Assembly (NCBI GenBank): GCA_025594325.1
Contig: JANHCV010000010.1
Location: 1,302,001-1,366,000, forward strand
Direction of reading: 5' to 3'
DNA length: 64,000 nucleotides
Origin: Blastocladiella emersonii ATCC 22665
Taxonomy: Eukaryota > Fungi > Blastocladiomycota
Positions 22,850 to 36,054 of the stretch are shown here, one piece after another. How positions within the stretch are numbered: position 1 is the first letter of the stretch; every line of letters starts with the position of its first letter. The position numbers and the translations under genes were made by a program. The notes beneath the pieces are model-generated. The model worked only from the letters and a program-made list of their open reading frames with translations, did no database searches and was not told where the DNA came from.

Positions 22850-24105
22850 TTTAGAGGCAGTGTACCGCTAGATTATCCTAAAAAACTGTGCAATGGTTAG
22901 CGACATCTTCCATGTCCATGTTTCGGACACTATCTTTGAAAGGGCGACTTGACGCTTTCGAGTCAACCGAGGTGGCAAGGCGAGCGTCGTGATGCGCCAC
23001 TTTGGGACCCGAGCGGCCTGCCGAGCGGCTGGGACACGCCTGTTTGTGCCACCAACTCTTGCATCCGGTGCATACCCAGTGGGTAGCTGCTGCAGCGAAG
23101 GAGGTCCGCGAAATCCAGCCCAAACGTCTCCCGCCGCCGCACGTCTCCCGTTTGCCTTGACCTATTTGGACGTGGCCGGTCGCTCTCCCTTGCCGGGCCC
23201 GCGGTCAATCGGGAAGTCAGCAAGTTGCGTGCCTCTACCGAAAGATCGGTACTGAGCCAACACGACACGAATAAGGGGGGAACGCAACCTTTTGCTCGCG
23301 CTGGGCCTTGGCCACAACGTCAGCAGAGCTGGCGGTTACTTCGCTGCCTGCACGGATTTTTGATCAGATGCTTTTATTTTTACCTGCCACTAGTCCGCAA
23401 GTATCGCCTTGCCTCGCCGAACCCTGAGCTCAACTTGCCTTTGTTGCGAGGCCACTGGGTCGATTGCAAACGCCATACCTGCCGCCCATTTGTCGCTCAT
23501 CGTCCCATCACCAAGGCGCACACCGACCATTGAACGGCTTTGAAACGTAAGCTCACAGTACCGGCTCATCCGGCCGCGGCCAGGGAGCACGTTCCATGGC
23601 CGCGATGAGGCGCGACGCGTCGCGACTCGCGCCACGAGCACGCGTTTAACACGTGGCCCTGCTGCATGACCATTCTTGCAAAAAGCATGACTGCGTTCAC
23701 GTGCAGCTGGCCCTGCTCTTCGCGCCCTGCCCTTCGCCCCGGCACACGTGTCCTAGGAGTGGACCAAGGTTGCTCGCCCGACCCGTCGCTCCGAGTGTGG
23801 CGCAACGCGGTCACATGATAGATCAACGCGTCTCGCGCCAAGTCTCGCAGCGCGAACGGGCTCGTCGGCGACCCCGGCTCTATGCGTCGGCTCACCGCCT
23901 TCAGTTGCGCGAGAACTTTGGCAGGAGCCAAGTCACTTCCGCTTTCCGAGGGGCACTCGCGGCTGCCATGGTATCGAGCTCACCCCCGGTCAGTGCATCG
24001 ACTGAATTCTTCCAGCACTGATCCGACCAGCAATCAAGAAGAAAACTCACACTTCAATATTCGACCATACTGCATGCTGCTCAACCCGGCCACCTCACCC
24101 GCCGC

Positions 24106-27100
24106 TCACGCGTCGAACGGGAACTCGAACGGTGCGGGCGGGGCAGGCTCCGGTCCCTCGTCCGCGGCCGCGGCACCGCCGGCAGCCGCTGCTGCGCCGC
24201 CCTCGGGGGCCTTGGGCTTGCTGGCGCTGAGCTCGATAAACTCCTGGCTAGCGTCGGGCTTGACGCACTCGGCGAGGAGGATGCCGGACATGCGCGTCTT
24301 CTTGACGGGCACGTAGCGGGCCTCGGCGAACGACACGTGGTGCTCCTGCGCGGGGAGGACGCGCGTGAGGTTGGCCTTGGTCTCGAACGCGGGCTCCTTG
24401 GCGGGCGGGGTGTCCTTCTTAGCCTCGGCCGCCTCGGCGTGGGTGCCGACAGCGGGCGTCGCGGGGGCGGTCGCCGTGGTGGGCGACGCGGGCGCCGAGG
24501 GCGCGGCCGACGACGGGACCACGTCCATGGCCTCGGCCTCCTCCTTCTTCTTGGCGCGGGCCTTGGCCTTGGCCGTCGTCGACAGGGCCATCTGGACCTT
24601 CTCGACCTTCTCGGTGGTGGGCGGGGCCGTAGCGGGCGGGTACGCAAAGGCCGAAGGCTTGGCGTTGGAGACAAAGTCGAGCTGCGGGACACGCAGGTCG
24701 GCGTCGAGGGCAATGAGGGCCGTGGGCGACAGCGACAGCGAGAGGAACAGGGTGAGCGGGTACCAGTACCAGAACTGGAGGAACACGGCCATGCCGACGA
24801 CCGACAGCATGTTGTTGGTGCCGGACCGGGTGCGGAGCGAGATGTTAGCGTTGCGGCCGCCGGCGTCGAGGATGCCCTGGGCGAGGACCGCGCCGAACTT
24901 GGTGAGCTGCGCCTCGTGCTTGTCGGCGAGCACCTTGGCGAGGTGCGCGCGGAACTCCTTGACGGCCTTGTCCGTGTGCTGCATCTGGATCATGGCCTGC
25001 GCGATCAGGGCGCCCTGGCGCACGTAGTCGACGCTGTCCTTGAGCAGCGGCGCGAGCAGCTGCAGCGCCTCGGGCTGGTTGGTCGACGCGCACGAGATGC
25101 CGAGCGCGAGGCACGCGCCGTACCGCACGTTCGGGTTGAACGACTCGGACAGCAGCTCGACCACGCGCGGCACCTGCGACGGGTTGTTGCTGAGCACGAA
25201 CCCGATCGACGTCACGGCCGCGCGACGGACGTCGTCGTTCACGTCCGACACGGCCACGTGCAGGAGGCGGCGGAGCGCCTTGTTGTTGCCTGTGCCCGTG
25301 TACGCGAGGGCGACGGCGTAGATACCGCCGTACCGGATGAGGGCGTCCTTGTCGGCGAGCAGCCGGTCAATGGTCGCGTCGGCCTCCTCCTCCTTGCCGT
25401 ACATGATGAGCGCGATCCCGAGGGCGGCGCCGCGGATGATCTTCTCGTGCTGGGTGTCGTGCGCGTACTGGAGGAGCTCATCGACGGCCTGGACGTTGCC
25501 CGACCCGACCATGGTGAGGCCCATGGCGAGCCCGGCGGCCTCGCCGGCGACGGCGCTGTCCGTGAACAGCGTGGCCTTGAGGTCCTCGTAAATCTCGTGG
25601 TTGCCCGTGGCCATGCCCGATACGCCGATGCCGAGGCACGCGCCGTGCTGGAGCACCTCGTCGGTGGTGCCCTTGAGCGACTCGCGGAGGTACTCGAGGG
25701 GCTGGGCGTGGTTGGCGTTCATGAGGCCGAGCGCGTAAAGGGCGCCGCCCTCCGAGTACGGCGACCCGGCCACACCCTGCTGCGGCAGGTACGGCTTGAG
25801 CAGGGCCATGGAGTGCTCGAGGTTGCCCTTGTGGATGACGCCGAGGGCGGCCGTGGCCGAGAACTTGGACCAGTTGTTGGCGCGCGACAGCCACTCGAGG
25901 TTGTCGCGGAGGAACTGGTCCGAGGTGGTCCCGGCGTTCATGATGGCGTTGGCAAACGACACGGACGAGTGGTAGAGCGACGACCGGCCGTCGAGGAGCA
26001 AGCGCGACTGCTTGAGGATGAGCAGGTCAGCGTGGTTGTTGCGGTGCAGGAACTCGAGGTGCAGCTGGATCGTGGCCTCGCCCGACAGGATGCGGTGGAA
26101 GTGCTGCGCGGCCTTGGAGGACGAGGTCACGGCGCCGCCGACCTGGCGCAGGAACTGCTGCGACGCCGTCTCCTCGAGGTCAAAGGCGAGCTGGAGGGCG
26201 AGCAGCTGGTGGCGGTCGGACCCATCGGCGAGCTTGTCGAGGAGCTGGGCGCACCCGGCGTCGTCCTCGAGGGCGACGAGGCAGTGGCCCATGGCGAGGT
26301 AGTCGGGCTCCTTGAGCTCCGAGTAGAGCTGGACGAGCAGGCGCAGCACCTCGTTGCGGAAGCCGCGGTGCTGGACCACGTTGAGGGAGCAGTCGAGCAC
26401 GTACTGGAGCAGGCTCGCCGAGTCGCCCTTCTCGATGGCGGCCTTGATCACGTCGAGGCGGCGCGCCTCGAGGGCGATGCCGATGGCCTGGCGGAACTCG
26501 GCGTCGGCAAAGCACCGCTGGAACATGCGCTCGACCACGTCCTCGAGCGCCGGGCTGATGTCGACCAGCGTGTCGGACTCGAACTGCTGCGAGCGCAGGG
26601 CAATGTACTTGTCGATGCATTTCGCTAGCGAGGGTGGAGGAGTGGCGGTGAGTGGGAGTGCCGAGTGAGCGCGTGCCATGGGCGAGAGCAGTACCGATGA
26701 TGGTCTCGACAAACTCGGTCTTGGCCGTGAGGTCGAAGAGCTTGCCGGCGCCGAGGGCGAACGTGAGCGAGTCGTCAAACTCGCCGAGGTGGTAGTAGAC
26801 CTTGGACGCGACGAGGGCGGCGAGGTGGCGGTGCGCAAACTTGTCGTCCTCGAACAGGATCTCGCTACGCAGTTGCGGGGAGAGCGCGTCAGCGACCAGG
26901 ACAGGCAGCGCGAGGGAGCGAGCGACACGCACATGTTGGGCAGCGAGTCGGCAATCTCGGGCCAGAACTGGTCGACGAGGTGCTCGAGGTTCTGCAGCGC
27001 GTACAGCTTGAGGGCCTCGTCGTGCTCGTCGAGCAGGGCGACCAGGCCGCCTAGTGGGCGATCGTCCGTGTCAGCACACTCGCCCCACCGACTCGTGTGT

Positions 27101-27137
27101 CCGGAGCAGACGGACCAGCCGAGGTCAGGGCAGCCAT
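24106..27137 (-). CDS. RPN2: 26S proteasome regulatory subunit Rpn2; exons 27137-27116, 27050-26933, 26864-26695, 26624-24106
   Basis: MAALTSAGGLVALLDE...FWPEIAD, LVASKVYYHLGE, NWSKFSATAALGVIHKG, PC repeats, VSDVNDDVRRAAV, QFWYWYPL, C-terminal PPAPFEF. Confidence 0.97.
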
Positions 27138-27447
27138 GATGATGCGTGGAGTTTCGTTGCGTCGAGTGAGGAGCGGACGCGATTTCGCGCTGGAGCGAGT
27201 GTCCAGACGACAATCGGCGGGCCGAACTGACGCGGTCGGGATGAGCGACGCGCCGAAACGGCGTGATGACGCTGGCCCGCCCGAGCTGCGTGGCGTCAGG
27301 TGACGTGTGAGCGCCCCGCGACGGGTCCGCCCGGCCCAACGTGACCGCCTCGCACTCGACGCGCGCCACTCTCTCTGCCTCGCGCTCTCGGCGTGTGTTA
27401 CCGACCTGATCGCGGCAAGGCACAGTGGCGGCCACCACCAACACACC
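27138..27447. promoter_or_regulatory. Divergent promoter region between RPN2 and MAK21
   Basis: 310 bp between head-to-head ATGs; contains TCAGGTGACGTG at 27296-27307. Confidence 0.6.
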
Positions 27448-30276
27448 ATGAAGCAGAACCAGGGGAAACCGCAGCACCGCAAGGGCGGCAAGAAACCCGA
27501 GGCCGGTGCCGCCACGGGTACGGCGCCGGCCAAGGCCGCGGCGCCCGACCGCTACATTGTCACGCCGCAGCCGACGTGGCACGGGATCAAGTTCGAGGAC
27601 CAGCCGGGCCACCTCGTCCACCGGTCGCGCGGCGCCGCCGACGCGCGCCGCGACGTCAACTCGCTGCTGCTCCGCGGCATGGACCTGCTCAAGGACGAGG
27701 GCAAGCGCTTCTCCTCGGGTACGCCGCTCGCTCCTCGATCTCCTGTTCACTCCCGCTAACCGCGCGTCTCGACCAACGGAATAGACAAGACGCGCACCGG
27801 CGGCGACAGCGGGTTCATGCGGACCGTGCTCAAGGGCGGAACCATGACCGATCGGATTTCGGCGCTGACGCTGCTGGTGCAGAGTTCGCCCGTGCACAAC
27901 CTGCTCGCGCTCGAGCAACTGTTCAACATGGCGCGCAAGAAGAATCGGCGCATGATCGTCATGGTCATTGACGCGCTCAAGGACCTGCTGACGGGCGGCG
28001 GCCTTTCGGCGGGCACGGGCAGCGACGGCCTGCTGCCGTCGGACCGCCGCCTGCGCTTCTTCATCGACTCGGTGACGGGCGTCGACAACCCGAGCGACGC
28101 GCAGCTGGTGCTGTTCGCGTTCGAGGACCGGCTCAAGCGGCTCGTGTTCGAGTTCCTCGGCGCCCTCGAGCAGCTGTCGCACGACCCGCTCGTCTACATC
28201 CGGTCGCGCACCGCGTCCGTGTTCCTCGACATGCTCGCGTCCAAGCCCGAGCAGGAGCAGAACCTGCTCAAGCTGCTCGTCAACAAGCTCGGCGACCAGG
28301 AGCGCAAGCTCGCGGCCAAGGCGTCGCACCTGCTGCACCAGCTGACCACCGAGCACCACCCGGCCATGAAGCTGGTGGTCGCCAAGGCCCTCGAGGAGTT
28401 CATGATGCGCCCGCACGTCGGCGCCCGCGCCCACTACTGCGCCGTCATCACGCTCAACCAGATGATGCTGTCCAAGGACGAGGTCGATGTCGCGCAGTAC
28501 CTGATCGAGGTGTACTTTGCCTTCTTCAACAAGCTCGCCAAGGACGCGCAGGACGCCAAGTCGCCCATCGATCACAAGATCCTGTCGGGTCTGCTGACGG
28601 GCGTGAACCGGGCGTTCCCGTACGCCAAGGACGCGCTGGCCGCCGCGGGCGACGCGACGCTCGACAAGCATCTCAACACGCTGTTCAAGATCACACACTA
28701 CGACGCCTTCACGGTGCGCGTGCAGGCGCTGTCGCTCATCTTCCAGGTGATGCAGGCGTCCAAGCCCGACGTGGCCGGCCGCTTCTACCGGTCCCTGTAC
28801 GCGACGCTGCTCGACGCGCGCGGCGTGGTCGCCACCAAGCAGCTGTCCCTGTACCTCAACCTCGTGTACCGCGCCGTCAAGGCCGACCCGAGCACCGACC
28901 GCGTCCAGGCGTTCGTCAAGCGCATCCTGCAGCTCGCCGCCAACGACCGCCACGTCGGGTTCGTCATCGGGTGCCTGTGGATCGTCAGCCACATCATGCA
29001 GTCGCGCCCCGTCCTGTGGAACATGGTCAAGCTCGCCGAGGAGGAGTCGCCCGCGTCCGGCAAGCACTACGACCCGTTCCACCGCACGCCCGAGTTTGCC
29101 CACGCCGGCGCCGCGGGCATGTGGGAGCTCGTGCCCCTTGTCTTCCACTACCACCCGTCGGTCCAGGTGTTCGCGCAGTCGCTCCTCGAGGGCAAACCCA
29201 TCACGCTGCCCGCCGGCGTCGACCCGCTCGACACGTACACGCTGGCCAAGTTCCTCGACAAGTTCACGTACAAGAAGCCCAAGAAGAACGCGAAAGCCGG
29301 GCCCTCCAACAGCCTCGCGGCCGCGCTCAACCGGTCGTCGCGCGCCGGGTTCATCCCCGCGGGCGAGGACGACGCCACCTCGACCGCCGACAACGCGCCG
29401 AAACCGGCGGCCGTCATCAAGGTCGGCCACGGCCTGCCCGTCAACTCGGACAAGTTCCTCGCCAAGCCCGCGTCCGAGATCGCCGTCGACGAGGTGTTCT
29501 TCCACCGCTTCTTCACCAAGCAGTCGGAGCTGCGCCCCAAGAAGAAGGCCGCCAAGGGGAAGAAGTCGCTCGACGCCGACTTTGACAATGTCATCGACGA
29601 CGACAAGGTCGACTACTCGGCGCTCGATGCCGCCGCTGCCCAGGGCGGCGAGGAGTCCGAGTACTCGGACGTCGAGGAGGACAAGGACATTTTCGGCGAG
29701 GACGAGATCGAGCAGGCCATCATGAACTCGGCCGGGTTCTCCAAGTCGCACCTGTCCGGCGCCGACGGCGACAGCGACACGGACGACGACGAGCTCGCGG
29801 CGCTCGAAGCCGGGATGCGCGAGGGCGAGTCGGACGACGACGACGAGGCCGGGTTCGTCGATGTCGACGAGGACGACGACGAGGACATTGACCTCGAAGC
29901 CGCCTTCGCCGACGCGGCCGGCGGCGCGGACTCGGACGACGACGGCGAGGGCGCCGATAACGCGGCCGACTTTGACGACGAGGACGACGGGTTCGACTCG
30001 GACGACGACGCGCAGTCGCGGCGCAAGAAGGAGAAGGCGGCCAAGGGCAAGACCAAGCTCGGGTACTCGCTGTCCGGGTCCGTGTTCGCGTCGGCCGACG
30101 AGTTCTCGCGCATGCTCGAGAGCAACGAGGGGCTCGAGTCCGACGACGATTTCGGCGAGCTCGTCGCCGCCAAGGACGTCGGCAAGCGCAGCGCCAAGAA
30201 GCGCAAGGCGCCCAGCGGCCGCGGCGGTGGTGGTGGTGGGCGCGGTGGCGGGAACAAGCGTCGCCGCAAGCACTAG
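27448..30276 (+). CDS. MAK21: Ribosome biogenesis protein Mak21/Noc1 (CBF domain); exons 27448-27718, 27785-30276
   Basis: GTMTDRISALTLLVQSSPVHNL, EQEQNLLKLLVNKLGD, RFYRSLYATLLD, FHYHPSV, LAKFLDKFTYKKPK, acidic tail with VFASADEF. Confidence 0.95.
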
Positions 30277-30354
30277 TTCGTTAGCAGTAGTATACATCTC
30301 TTCTTTAGTCTGTGTGTGATCACCCCACGCGTATATTTATTGTTGACAGCTCGC

Positions 30355-33316
30355 TCACGACTCGGCCACTGCCGCCGCGCCCGCGGACGGTTCTCCTCCA
30401 CCGCTATTGCGTGCCGCCGCGAGCTCGCGCCGCAGCGCCTCGACTTCCCGCCTCAACCGCTCGTTCTCGGCGCGCAGGGACTCGTTCTCGCGCACCACGG
30501 ACGCGGCCTGCTGCGCCGCGCCCGCGAGCAGGTCGAGCAACCCGCCCGTCTGCGGCGGTGGGAGGGGAGCGGGGAGGGCGGGTAGTGCGGGTGCGGGTGC
30601 AGCTGCTGCTGGTGCGGATGGTGCGGGCGGTGCAGGTGGTGCAGGCTTCGCGACGGCGGGCGGTTCTTCGGCGAGCGGCGCCGGTGCCGGCGCGGCGGGG
30701 ACGGGGACGGGGACGGTGCTGGCCTTGGGACTCGTGAGGGGGGCAGCAGGTCCCGGTCCTGCCGGCGACGCACCCGCTGCAGCCGCCGCCGCCGCCGCGA
30801 CCGTGGCCGCGGCATTCGCGTTCCCCGACTGCGACCTAGGCCGCGCGCCGACACGGTCGGCGATGGACGAGAGGAGCGAGTAGGTCGCCTCATGCCGACG
30901 CAGGAGGACCTCGATATCCTTGGGCGCGAGGTTCGCCGTGCCGCTGCCGCCGGCCGTCGACGACCCGACCGTGAGCGTGGCGGGCGAGTCGCGGGACTCG
31001 CGGCGCAGGGCCGCGGTGACGGAGGGTTGGCGCGACAGGGGCGCGTGGGGCGAGTAGCCGACGCCGCCGGCGCCAGCGGTGCCAGAAGTGGTGGTGGTGG
31101 AGGTCGAGGTGGAGGTGGACTCGACGTTGTCGGCGAGACTCACCTCGAACCGGCCGCGCCGCTGGAGCGTCGGGACCTGCGACGCGGGAGGGGGCGGCTG
31201 CGTGTCAGCGGAGGGGGTCGACGTCGCGCTGCCGACCGATGCCGCGGCCGCGTTCGCGGTGACGATCCCGGACGGCGGCGAGAACGGCTTCCCCGTACCC
31301 GCCGCACTTGCCGCAACCGCCGCCGCCGCCGCTGCGGCGCCGGGCAGGTCGCTCGACGAAAGGTTGTCCGAGACGGAGAACCGGCCGCGCTTGGTCTCCT
31401 TTGGCGGGACGGCGGGCGGGGCACCCGCGCCGGCGGCGTCGATCCCGAGCCCGACAACCGCGTTCTGCTGCTGCTGCTGCTGCGCCGCCGGCGGCGCGAT
31501 CGCCATCATCTCGGCAGCGAGGAGCGCGGCGGGCGACGGGCCGGGGGAGTCGGGTGTATCAAAGTCCCACGAGATGGGCGCGTTCCCGCCGCCGCCGTGG
31601 CCGGACCCGCGTCGCGCATCACCCGGCGTCGCGTTGCTCCCGTTCCGCGGGGCCGCGGGCTGCGCGGCGCGGCGGCGCGCGCGTTCCGGGAGCGGCGGTA
31701 GGCCGGCGAGGAGGTGCTGGACGAGCCAGCTGGGTTTCTTGGCGAGCTTGAAGAAGGGGTGGCCGAGGACCTTTTCCGCGGTCGGGCGGCGCGTCGGGTC
31801 GCGCTGGAGGCACAGGTCGACCATCTCCTTGGCGGCCTTGGAGAAGCGGAACCGCGTGGCGTCGCGGTCGAGCGTGGGCGGGTCGTTGGACAGCGTGAGC
31901 ATCAGGACCTTGATGGGCGGGTATTTCGCGAGCGGCGCGTGGCCGCGGGCCATCTCGATGGCCGTGATGCCGAACGACCAGACGTCAGCCTTGAAGTCGT
32001 ACGACGCCTGCTCCATGACCTCGGGCGCCATCCAGCACGGGGTCCCGACAAACGTCTTGCGGGTGCCCTTGCGGTCGGCGGCCTCGAGGGACGCGGTCAC
32101 GCCGAAATCGGCGAGCATGGCGGTGCCGTCGTCGTCGAGGAGCACGTTGCCGGCCTTGACGTCGCGGTGGATGTGCCCGTTCTTGTGCAGGTAGTCGAGC
32201 CCCTGCAGCGTCTGCTTGAGGATGGTTGCGACGCTGGTCTCGTCGAGGCCCTCGGGGTACGCCGCCTTCATGATGTCCAGGACCGAGCCCGCCGCGAGAT
32301 ACGGCGTCACGATCAGCAGCTTGCTGTCGGCGACGAACGACGTGAAGACGCGCAGCACGTTCGGGTGCTTGCACAGCGACATGACCTGGGTCTCTCGCTA
32401 CACGCGTGCGCGGGTTAGAGCTCGTACGAAGCGTGGAGAGGGTCATAGAGCGTACCCGCAGCTCCTCGATCTGGTTGCGCTCGAACATGTCGAGGTCAAT
32501 AACCTTGATGGCGACGCGCCGGCGCGTCTTCTTGTACACGGCGCAGTAGACGGTGGCCGAGGACCCGTAGCCTACGCGACGAACACGCGCGCGAGTCAGT
32601 ACTCTCCCACACACACCACACCACACAGAAAACGCACCAACAGTCGTCTCCATCTCATAATCGTCGGGGTTACTCGACATGGGCTCCTCGACAACCGCAA
32701 CCGGCATCGTCGTCGCCGACGCCGCCGCCGCGGTCACGGACGTCGAGCTACTACTACTCGCTGTCATCATGCTGGACGTGGACCCGAGACTCGACAGCGT
32801 CTTTTTCCAGCCGGAACTCACGTTGGTCGACGACGCGCGCGACGGCGTGCTGGACCCGGACCCGGGACTCGCGAGCCCCGCCGCCGCGTGCACGGTCGCG
32901 CGCCGCGGCACGCTACTCGCGGATGACGGCGCGGGCGACGTGGTGCGCGCGGGCGGCGCGAGCGGCTGCTGTTGTTGGGGTTTCGTCGGCACGGGGGCCA
33001 CGACCGCGTCGAGAACGGCGCTCGACTCGGCCACGGGCGACAGGACCGTGGGCTCCGGCAGCACGGCGGCGGCGAGCGCGAGCGCGGCGGCGGCCGGGCG
33101 CGCGGTCTCGACGGCGAGCGGCGCGGGCGGCGGCGGCATCTCGGAAAGCTGATCCGGGGTCGAAAGGTTGGGCGCCGAGAGGGCCGCGCGGTCGAGGCGC
33201 GGGCTTCGCGACGAAGTCGACGACGATGGCGGTGCGTCAGCGGACGGCGCTTCCACAACCACGACAGCGGCAGCGGTGGCCGGCGACGTCTCGGTGGGAT
33301 CCGCCTGGTGCTGCAT
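30355..33316 (-). CDS. STE20-family kinase (OSR1/SPAK/Fray-like); exons 33316-32638, 32571-32456, 32397-30355
   Basis: G|YGSSATV, VAIKVIDLD, R|RETQVMSLCKHPNV, HRDVKAGN, FVGTPCWMAPEV, KYPPIKVLMLTLSNDPPTL; C-terminal coiled coil ENESLRAENERLRREVEAL. Confidence 0.92.
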
Positions 33317-33730
33317 GGCAAGGGCAGGGGCGAGGTGCAGAGATCAAAATTGGGGGCAGTGCGCGATGGCGGCCGCCGCGGTGGACAACGGGCGCGGCGT
33401 GGGACACACGCTTGAGCGGGCGCGGACGGATCGCAGATGCGCGCCGGCGGGCGAGGTTGGCGTGAAGAGCGGGGGTATGCGTGCGTGCTCGCTCGGTCAG
33501 CGGACGCTGGTCGCGGTGGCCGGCGTGGGGGGCACCCTGCAGCAGGTGGGAGATGGTGGGGGAAGGGCGCAATGGGCAGGGCACGGCTTCGCGAGCAGAG
33601 GGCTCACGGGCGCGGTCGATTGCGTTGCAGAGAGTGGGCCGCGGCGGACGGGGATGGCGGTGCGAGGGGAGGGGAGAGAGCGAGGAGAAGTGGGCAGGGT
33701 GGCCGAGGCGGGCGGGAAACGCGTGGCAGC

Positions 33731-33745
33731 ATGAAAAGTGAAACG
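33731..33745 (-). promoter_or_regulatory. Shared upstream 15-mer CGTTTCACTTTTCAT (copy 1, upstream of the STE20 kinase)
   Basis: Exact match at 51562-51576 in the same orientation, upstream of PRL. Confidence 0.35.
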
Positions 33746-33841
33746 CGTCTCTGCTCACTCGCCTCCCCCGTCATGTTCCGCCGGATCCGTGCTCACAAAA
33801 AATGTATACATTGAGGCCCTCCACACACGACGCCCGCGCGC

Positions 33842-34477
33842 TCACGACCACTGCGACAGGAACGACTCGGCGACGATGCGGGCGCGCGCGTTGAGGCTGA
33901 GCTGCATCTCGCTGATCTCCTTGTCGACGTCCTCCATGAACTGCAGGATAAAGTCGACGAGCTTGTGCTTGTACATCTGCTCCGTGTGCGTGTTGGTGAT
34001 GAGGAAGCTGATGTCGTAGCCCTCGATCGCCTTGCGCCGCAGGATCACAAAGTTCTCGGCGCGCTGCATCAGGAACCGCGTGAACTTGTGCACCAGGATC
34101 TTCTCGATCTCGTTGGCCTGCTTGATCTTGATGGACACGCGCACCGAGTTGATGGACGGCTCAATCAGAACCCGCTCGCCCTCGTTGCGGCTGATGACCA
34201 CTGGGTTGAGCAGCACTTCCTTGGACGTCCTAGACTCTCGCACGGCGTCAGCACTCGCGCCCTCGCGTACCCCGCAGAGAGTATACCCACCCGGCCTCAA
34301 TCTCGGGCTTGTTGTGCCGCTCGACCACCTGCGACGGAAAGTTCTCGAGGCACACGGACGCGCGGAGCGTCGACCGGACGGCCGAGAGGTACGGGCGGAG
34401 CGTGGCCGACTACACGTCCCCACACTTGTCAGGTCCCCGACTAGTACATGCAGCGAGTCCATTGCATCGTCTACCAT
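33842..34477 (-). CDS. ARPC4: Arp2/3 complex subunit 4 (p20); exons 34477-34475 (ATG only), 34409-34291, 34229-33842
   Basis: [12 protein letters not shown]...[57 protein letters not shown]. Confidence 0.96.
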   Translation of the reverse strand: MVDDAMDSLHVLVGDLTSVGTCSRPRSARTSRPSGRRSARPCASRTFRRRWSSGTTSPRLRPGGYTLCGVREGASADAVRESRTSKEVLLNPVVISRNEGERVLIEPSINSVRVSIKIKQANEIEKILVHKFTRFLMQRAENFVILRRKAIEGYDISFLITNTHTEQMYKHKLVDFILQFMEDVDKEISEMQLSLNARARIVAESFLSQWS

Positions 34478-34924
34478 TGCGATATTCGTTCGTTTTCCTT
34501 GAGGTTACGAAGACGCGGCGTTCACAGCTCGGTGGCGCCCTTTCGCGGTCGCGTCGCTCTCGCTTCGAGGCGTGGCGCACTCGCCGCCCGATGCTCAGCT
34601 GACTCTTGCAGCCCATCGACATGCCTGACACCCGTCATCAGGATGCCCATAGCGAGCACCTCACACCGCCATGACCCGAAAGATGATGAGCAAGGACAGG
34701 GGACTATATTACACAGAAGCGGCAGACGACTGACCAGTGCGAACACACACTCTGCCGGGCGCCGCCAGGCGTGCTGAGCAAGGGGGTGAGGGCGGGGTTT
34801 CCCGTTACGCTAGTTGTTGGGGGGGTACATTTTGGGACACACACGGCGGGCAGTGCAGAGCAGGGCAAGCAAAGGTAGGGTAGAGCAAATGACAGAGACG
34901 AGGGAGAGGCGAGGAGAGGGCGGA

Positions 34925-35336
34925 TTACCACTCGCGCTTGAACTTGTCAGTGAGGCCGGGGTGCATGTTGATGAACTTGGTCGTCTGGTTCTGCTCGACC
35001 TTGTTCCACGGCTGCGGGTTGTCCTTGGTCCAGACGACCTGGAGCGGCGAGCGGGCAGGTCAGAAGCCGTCCGGGGGAGCGGGCAGTCGGCCAGGGCAGC
35101 GCGCACGGCAGCGGCGGCGGCGTGCCGAGCACCGGGCAGGCAATCGGCACCCGTCCGCCAGCAGCCGCGCGCTAGCCCTGACCGATGGCGGCAAGCGAGA
35201 GCGTGCACCGTACCTCCTGGTGGCGGGCCAGACGGAACACGTAGTATGAGGCGCCCGACAGCGCGACGGCGACGACGGCGATGATGGGCGACACCTCGGG
35301 GCGGTACCAGGTCTTGAGGAAGGCGCGGGTCGACAT
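34925..35336 (-). CDS. NDUFA4: NDUFA4/MLRQ-like small mitochondrial subunit; exons 35336-35214, 35038-34925
   Basis: MSTRAFLKTWYRPEVSPIIAVVAVALSGASYYVFRLARHQE|VVWTKDNPQPWNKVEQNQTTKF matches the MLRQ pattern (P.. TM helix, V.W.K..P.PW). Confidence 0.85.
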
Positions 35337-36054
35337 GGTGTTGCTTTGCTTCGTGCGAAAGAGATGCTTTGCTCACAACGAGTCAGCGGGCGGAAGAGAA
35401 AGGACGAGTTCGCTGTGTGGCAGGGGACCGACCTCCGAGCTCCAAGCGCGGCCCTGCTTTTTGAAGGGACCTCCACCACACAGCAGCAGCCGGTCCCCCA
35501 AATCCTGACCTGCTGGAACGATTCATGCAGCCAGCCCGACGGGCGGACTGACAGGAATTTTCACTCGAGATGAACCGCCGATCCCGATTGGCCGCGCCTC
35601 ACGGGACCGGTTTCACCCGAGCCTCCGCCCAAAGGTGATGTCACGGTCACGCGACGGCCACACCGCATGAACATCGCGCACCGCAGCTCACGCCACCCCT
35701 GCTCGCGCGCGCTCCATCAAGGCCATCGCAGGGCTGCTAGCCGTGGGCACCGGCAGCAATATGGGCTTTGTGCTGTCAGCAGGGATCTCACGAGGGGCGA
35801 GGCAGAGCTGAGCGGCAAGCCGTGAAGCGCGGGCGCGTACGTCAGGACGTACCCTCGCTTCGTCTTGGCACCAACGTTGCGCTTCAATACTTTCTCGCGA
35901 GTTTGAGACTGACGAGGGTGAACCGCGCCCTGTTCGACGACACGTGCTGCGGGGCGAACCGCCGCTCGCCTGCACGCGCGAGCGGACTCCCACAGGGCGC
36001 CTCGTCTCTGCTGAACCGCAATTCCCATAAACGCCCAATGCAACTTGATGCAAC

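Noticed and set aside
22850-24050. Short ORFs between ABCG and RPN2 (e.g. 23566-23931 containing TRSDGS)
   Set aside because: One RNase H-like tripeptide without the downstream motifs; not supportable.
24106-30297. 2063-aa minus-strand ORF as a giant protein
   Set aside because: Only the 3' part is real (RPN2 last exon); the rest is the stop-poor antisense frame of GC3-rich MAK21 plus promoter and intron sequence.
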